Virus record (IMG/VR): IMGVR_UViG_3300013094_000065
Span: 1 to 53,649 of that record
DNA length: 53,649 bases
Reading direction: 5' to 3' (one strand)
From: a virus
Taxonomy: Duplodnaviria; Caudoviricetes
Shown: in pieces, positions 50,463 through 53,649 of the stretch
Layout of the letters: every line of letters begins with the position of its first letter
Position numbering within the stretch: the first letter of the stretch is position 1
Position numbers and translations under genes: made by a program
The notes under the pieces: model-generated
What the model was told of the DNA's origin: nothing
The model's input: the letters and a program-made list of their open reading frames with translations, nothing else
Database searches by the model: none

Positions 50463-51329
50463 ATGGAAAATAGTGTAGCCCAACCAGTTAACCCACTGGC
50501 AATGTTTATGCGTCAACCCAAAATTTATATCAAATTGCCAAGCGGGGGGGAGTATTGGGCTAGCGGAAGTTTGGAAATTTCGGAAAATGGGCAATATCCA
50601 GTTTATTCAATGACAGCCAGGGATGAACTGTTGATCAAAGTTCCAGATGCGTTGATGAGCGGTCAGGCCATAGTTGATGTGATACAAAATTGTATACCCA
50701 ACATTAAAAATGCCTGGATGATCCCCAGTATAGATTTGGATATAATTTTAATTGCCATTAGATTGGCCACCTACGGTGAAATGATGGATACTCCAATCAA
50801 ATTTGGGGATCTAGAGTTAACATATGTGGTAGATCTTCGAATCGTAATAGATAGTTTAATGAATCAAATTTCTTGGGATCCAGTAGTGTCAATAAACGAT
50901 GAAATCACAGTGTTTGTAAAACCAGTCAACTATAAAGATATCACCAAAGTGTCCATTCAGTCATTTGAAACACAACGAATCATGAAAGTTGTCAACGATG
51001 ACACAATCTCAGATGAAGAAAAATTAAGACTGTTTCAAGAAAGTTTTAAGAAACTCACCAATAGTACTGTGGCCATGATTGGCGACAGCATTAGCAGGAT
51101 TGAAACAAGCAAGGGTAGCACAGATAATACAGAATTTATTCAAGATTTTTTGTCCAATACAGATAAAAGTGTATTCAATACTATTCAGTCTCATTTAGAA
51201 AAATTACGCGAACAGAACAATGTCAAACCAATGAAAGTTGCTGTCACCGATGAAATGCGTGAACAAGGTATCACCGGTGATATTATTGATGTTCCGTTAA
51301 CATTTGACGCATCAACTTTTTTCGTATAA
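50463..51329 (+). CDS. gp26: Baseplate hub subunit / tail assembly chaperone, gp26-like
   Basis: IKLPSGG, MTARDELL and IDLDIILIAIRLATYGE; GGAG RBS. Confidence 0.75.
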   Translation: MENSVAQPVNPLAMFMRQPKIYIKLPSGGEYWASGSLEISENGQYPVYSMTARDELLIKVPDALMSGQAIVDVIQNCIPNIKNAWMIPSIDLDIILIAIRLATYGEMMDTPIKFGDLELTYVVDLRIVIDSLMNQISWDPVVSINDEITVFVKPVNYKDITKVSIQSFETQRIMKVVNDDTISDEEKLRLFQESFKKLTNSTVAMIGDSISRIETSKGSTDNTEFIQDFLSNTDKSVFNTIQSHLEKLREQNNVKPMKVAVTDEMREQGITGDIIDVPLTFDASTFFV

Positions 51330-51334
51330 GGCTT

Positions 51335-51553
51335 TTGTCCTTGGACCGCGACGGTATCGAATCATTAATTAAAGAATATGATGCCAGTACAAAAGCCCTT
51401 AAAGAAGAACTTGTTAGAATTTGTTGGTTTATGAGAGGTGGGGTAAGTTATAACGAAAGTCACTGCCTGACCTATGATGAACGTTTGATCATATCTAAAG
51501 TTATTGAAAGCAATTTAGCAACCACTAAAGAGACACAACTTCCATTTTTTTAA
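51335..51553 (+). CDS. gp51-like baseplate assembly ORF, probably expressed by -1 frameshift from the gp26-like gene
   Basis: WFMRGGVSYNE...ERLII; only a TTG start with no well-spaced RBS; frame is open back to the slippery T TTT TTC at 51317. Confidence 0.6.
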   Translation: MSLDRDGIESLIKEYDASTKALKEELVRICWFMRGGVSYNESHCLTYDERLIISKVIESNLATTKETQLPFF

Positions 51554-51601
51554 AAGAATAACAAATGTATTTGTTATTTTTATCAACTACCAATAGAGAA
51601 A

Positions 51602-52528
51602 TTAAAGTTTTATTTTCAAGAAACGGCTAAATCCTATATCGTTTTCATCAATTGATGCTGATTCAACTGTTGGGATTTTTGCGTCAATTACGGCCAACCC
51701 ATCTTTTATTTGTTTACGCCCAGTGGCATTCAATTTACTATAAAAGTTAATGACCGATTGTACAGTTAATTGAGTAGACACTCCGGCACCGGATCTACTA
51801 CCACCTTGATTACCCGATGATGCTGTATTCCTGTTTGTTGCACCGCCGTTAGCATTATTACCCGATGATGCTGTATTCCTGTTTGTTGCACCGCCGTTAG
51901 CATTATCCAGTTCAGCAACCGAAGCTGAAATAATTTGCCCAACCATCTTGTTATCTAAAGGAATATCCTGTTCCGCATCTTCTCTAACTGTTTGAAAAGT
52001 TGGATTACCCTGTGCGTCAGCGCCTGTCATTTTTTGTACAGGAATGCCAACTTTTGAATTTTTATACCCGTTGGGGTTATTTTTTAGTCTAGCAGTACCA
52101 CTCAGAGTTTTTTGTTTAGCGGCTGCAATTTGTGCCGGGGTTAGTTTTCCACCAGGGGCAGGAGTTGCCGGTGTTTGAACCGCTGATGATTTTATTTGAT
52201 TGATTAATTTCTCTACTCCGCCAGTCAATGGCAAGTTCTGAGACTGCATCCAAGCGGTTAATATACCTAGAGTAGCATCCTTTCCTCCCTGGCTACTACC
52301 TAAATAAGTTTGAAATTTTTTCATTAACTCATTTGCTTGTTTACCTGTTTGTGAAATCCCTTGGGCTCTTGCACGAGTATTAACGTTAGTAAATGGATTA
52401 ATTCGAGTTATCCCAGTTTTCACCCGTTGACCTAAGCTGTGTGGTACATCTCCCGTGGTACTAGCATTTGCCGCATTAAGATCTAATTCATTTAAATTAA
52501 AATCTTCCATAATATCAGATAATTTCAT
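51602..52528 (-). CDS. Hypothetical late protein (possible internal head protein)
   Basis: MKLSDIME start, AAGGA RBS, TATAAATA promoter upstream. Confidence 0.65.
   Translation of the reverse strand: MKLSDIMEDFNLNELDLNAANASTTGDVPHSLGQRVKTGITRINPFTNVNTRARAQGISQTGKQANELMKKFQTYLGSSQGGKDATLGILTAWMQSQNLPLTGGVEKLINQIKSSAVQTPATPAPGGKLTPAQIAAAKQKTLSGTARLKNNPNGYKNSKVGIPVQKMTGADAQGNPTFQTVREDAEQDIPLDNKMVGQIISASVAELDNANGGATNRNTASSGNNANGGATNRNTASSGNQGGSRSGAGVSTQLTVQSVINFYSKLNATGRKQIKDGLAVIDAKIPTVESASIDENDIGFSRFLKIKL
51809..51906. repeat. Perfect 48-bp tandem duplication (NANGGATNRNTASSGN x2)
   Basis: Two identical in-frame copies. Confidence 0.9.
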
Positions 52529-52553
52529 CGAGCAATCCTTTTTTACTATAAGT

Positions 52554-52561
52554 TATTTATA
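52554..52561 (-). promoter_or_regulatory. T4 late promoter TATAAATA
   Basis: Exact consensus 26 nt upstream of the ATG at 52528. Confidence 0.8.
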
Positions 52562-52566
52562 TATTG

Positions 52567-53050
52567 AATTGAGCTAAAGCTCAATTGCTTCTACGCTATC
52601 GCTTGAAGCAACTTTTTATTTTGAAATTAATGATCAATTACGAAGTAAGTAATTCATGTAGATTGTTACAGTCAGACGGAACCATTTTACAGGTTCCATC
52701 TTTATGTCTTCATGTGAGTTGCACACAGCCAAGACTTTGGAAGTAGGTATTTTTTATTCACCGTATGCTAATGGGCTCTGACCTTTCCCATCCTACGTCG
52801 ACATCGCAGAATTATTCTGCTATCTTAAACTTCGTTCCTAGTGTTTAAGTTTTTATAGCCGGTGATTTCGTATGTTAACATTCATACTATAACAATGCGT
52901 CGAGCTTATGGTTCTACTCTCAAACTCACTTCCAATTTTTCAGGATACTGGATTCCTCCAGGGGAGTGCATTATTACGTTACGTGTCCGGTTATTCCCCG
53001 GTTTTTCCACAGCGGTATTACAAACTGGCCCGCCAACCTTGGGTGTTAAT
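52567..53050 (-). ncRNA. Candidate large structured non-coding RNA (family not recognised)
   Basis: Only long non-coding gap in the window; more than 12 stems found by eye, nested multiloops, two possible pseudoknots; G-U wobbles favour the - strand. Confidence 0.65.
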
Positions 53051-53082
53051 TGATTTTTTAATTATATGTGAGTCGTGATTTA

Positions 53083-53511
53083 TTAAATTTTGCCTTTTAT
53101 ATGTGATTGGTGTATTCTGCAACTTATCTGCCCGTTGTAATACTCATCTGATTCTAATACTTTTCTTTCAAATTGGGTTCTAGCTTCTATATAGGTACAT
53201 TCACTTTTACTTTTGCAATAAAATAATATTTCGCGTTTAAAATTTTCTGTGCCTAAAAGCGCAATGTCCTTACTAAGTTCATCGCTCGAACCATAATATG
53301 TTTGCCAATCGCTGTCTATTTTGCTTCTAATCTTTTTCTTTTTCTTTGTGCCGTTCTTTAACTTTACAGTCTTGTAGGTCGTTTTACTAAATTTTGCTAA
53401 TTTTTTGCCTATATATTTTCTATCATTGGTTGTGTTTACTATACAGTAAACATAACCAACACAATCTTCTGGGAGTTCGGTTACTATTTCACCTTTGTAG
53501 TACCAACTCAT
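53083..53511 (-). CDS. Minimal GIY-YIG family nuclease-like protein
   Basis: GYVY...YIGKK motif, YYGSS, conserved E in TYIE, YYN; no appended DNA-binding domain. Confidence 0.8.
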   Translation of the reverse strand: MSWYYKGEIVTELPEDCVGYVYCIVNTTNDRKYIGKKLAKFSKTTYKTVKLKNGTKKKKKIRSKIDSDWQTYYGSSDELSKDIALLGTENFKREILFYCKSKSECTYIEARTQFERKVLESDEYYNGQISCRIHQSHIKGKI

Positions 53512-53649
53512 TGTACACCCTTTTTAATAGAAGATCTACCGAGTTTCCATCCTTCGCCTGGGCATTCTCTACTTTTTATAGAGATGCTATCCTTACTCCA
53601 CCATTTATTTCCTATAGTAGCACCTGTTCTTTTTGCAATAACTTCGGCA
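53508..53649 (-). CDS. C-terminal end of a probable homing endonuclease (partial)
   Basis: AEVIAKRTGATIGNKWWSKDSISIKSRECPGEGWKLGRSSIKKGVQ*; KWW...ECPGEGW-x-LGR is a typical homing endonuclease tail; ATGA overlap with the next gene. Confidence 0.6.
   Translation of the reverse strand, partial: AEVIAKRTGATIGNKWWSKDSISIKSRECPGEGWKLGRSSIKKGVQ

Noticed and set aside
52862-53053. 63-aa + strand ORF in the non-coding gap
   Set aside because: GTG start without an RBS and no recognisable motifs; the region is better explained by RNA structure on the - strand
52567-53511. Group I or group II intron carrying the GIY-YIG ORF
   Set aside because: No P7-type (GACUA...UAGUC) or domain V motif was found, and the flanking genes appear uninterrupted with their own start and promoter
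53083-53649. In-frame fusion of the upstream partial ORF with the GIY-YIG gene
   Set aside because: A careful base count gives CAA TGA; the upstream ORF stops in an ATGA overlap in a different frame
1-53649. tRNA, rRNA, integrase or transposase genes
   Set aside because: None recognised by eye; intergenic gaps other than 52529-53082 are short and accounted for

Overview
This window is a virion morphogenesis region of a large T4-like (myovirus-type) tailed phage, read in the standard genetic code. It is AT-rich and almost fully coding, with late-promoter-like TAAATA motifs before most transcription units. Recognisable core genes are tail sheath (partial), dNMP kinase, neck gp13/gp14, tail terminator gp15, major capsid, scaffold, prohead protease, portal, tape measure and a gp26/gp51-like pair. 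Between them is about 34 kb of accessory virion-surface genes. These include three tandem NodU/CmcH/TobZ-type carbamoyltransferase paralogues, a GT9-like glycosyltransferase, an extremely Cys-rich fibre, a Pro-free collagen-like fibre, several Ser/Thr-rich fibres, and a 2826-aa protein with 11 repeats carrying a phycobiliprotein-like C-x-R-D motif. The best leads are (1) a ~500-nt highly base-paired, possibly pseudoknotted non-coding RNA directly downstream of a minimal GIY-YIG gene, (2) the phycobiliprotein-like repeats, (3) the fibre + glycosyltransferase + 3x carbamoyltransferase cassette, and (4) a probable -1 frameshift joining the gp26-like and gp51-like ORFs. Collapsed homing-endonuclease relics, an ATT start codon and probable leaderless late mRNAs are also visible. 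All calls come from motif recognition by eye; no database search or folding program was run.
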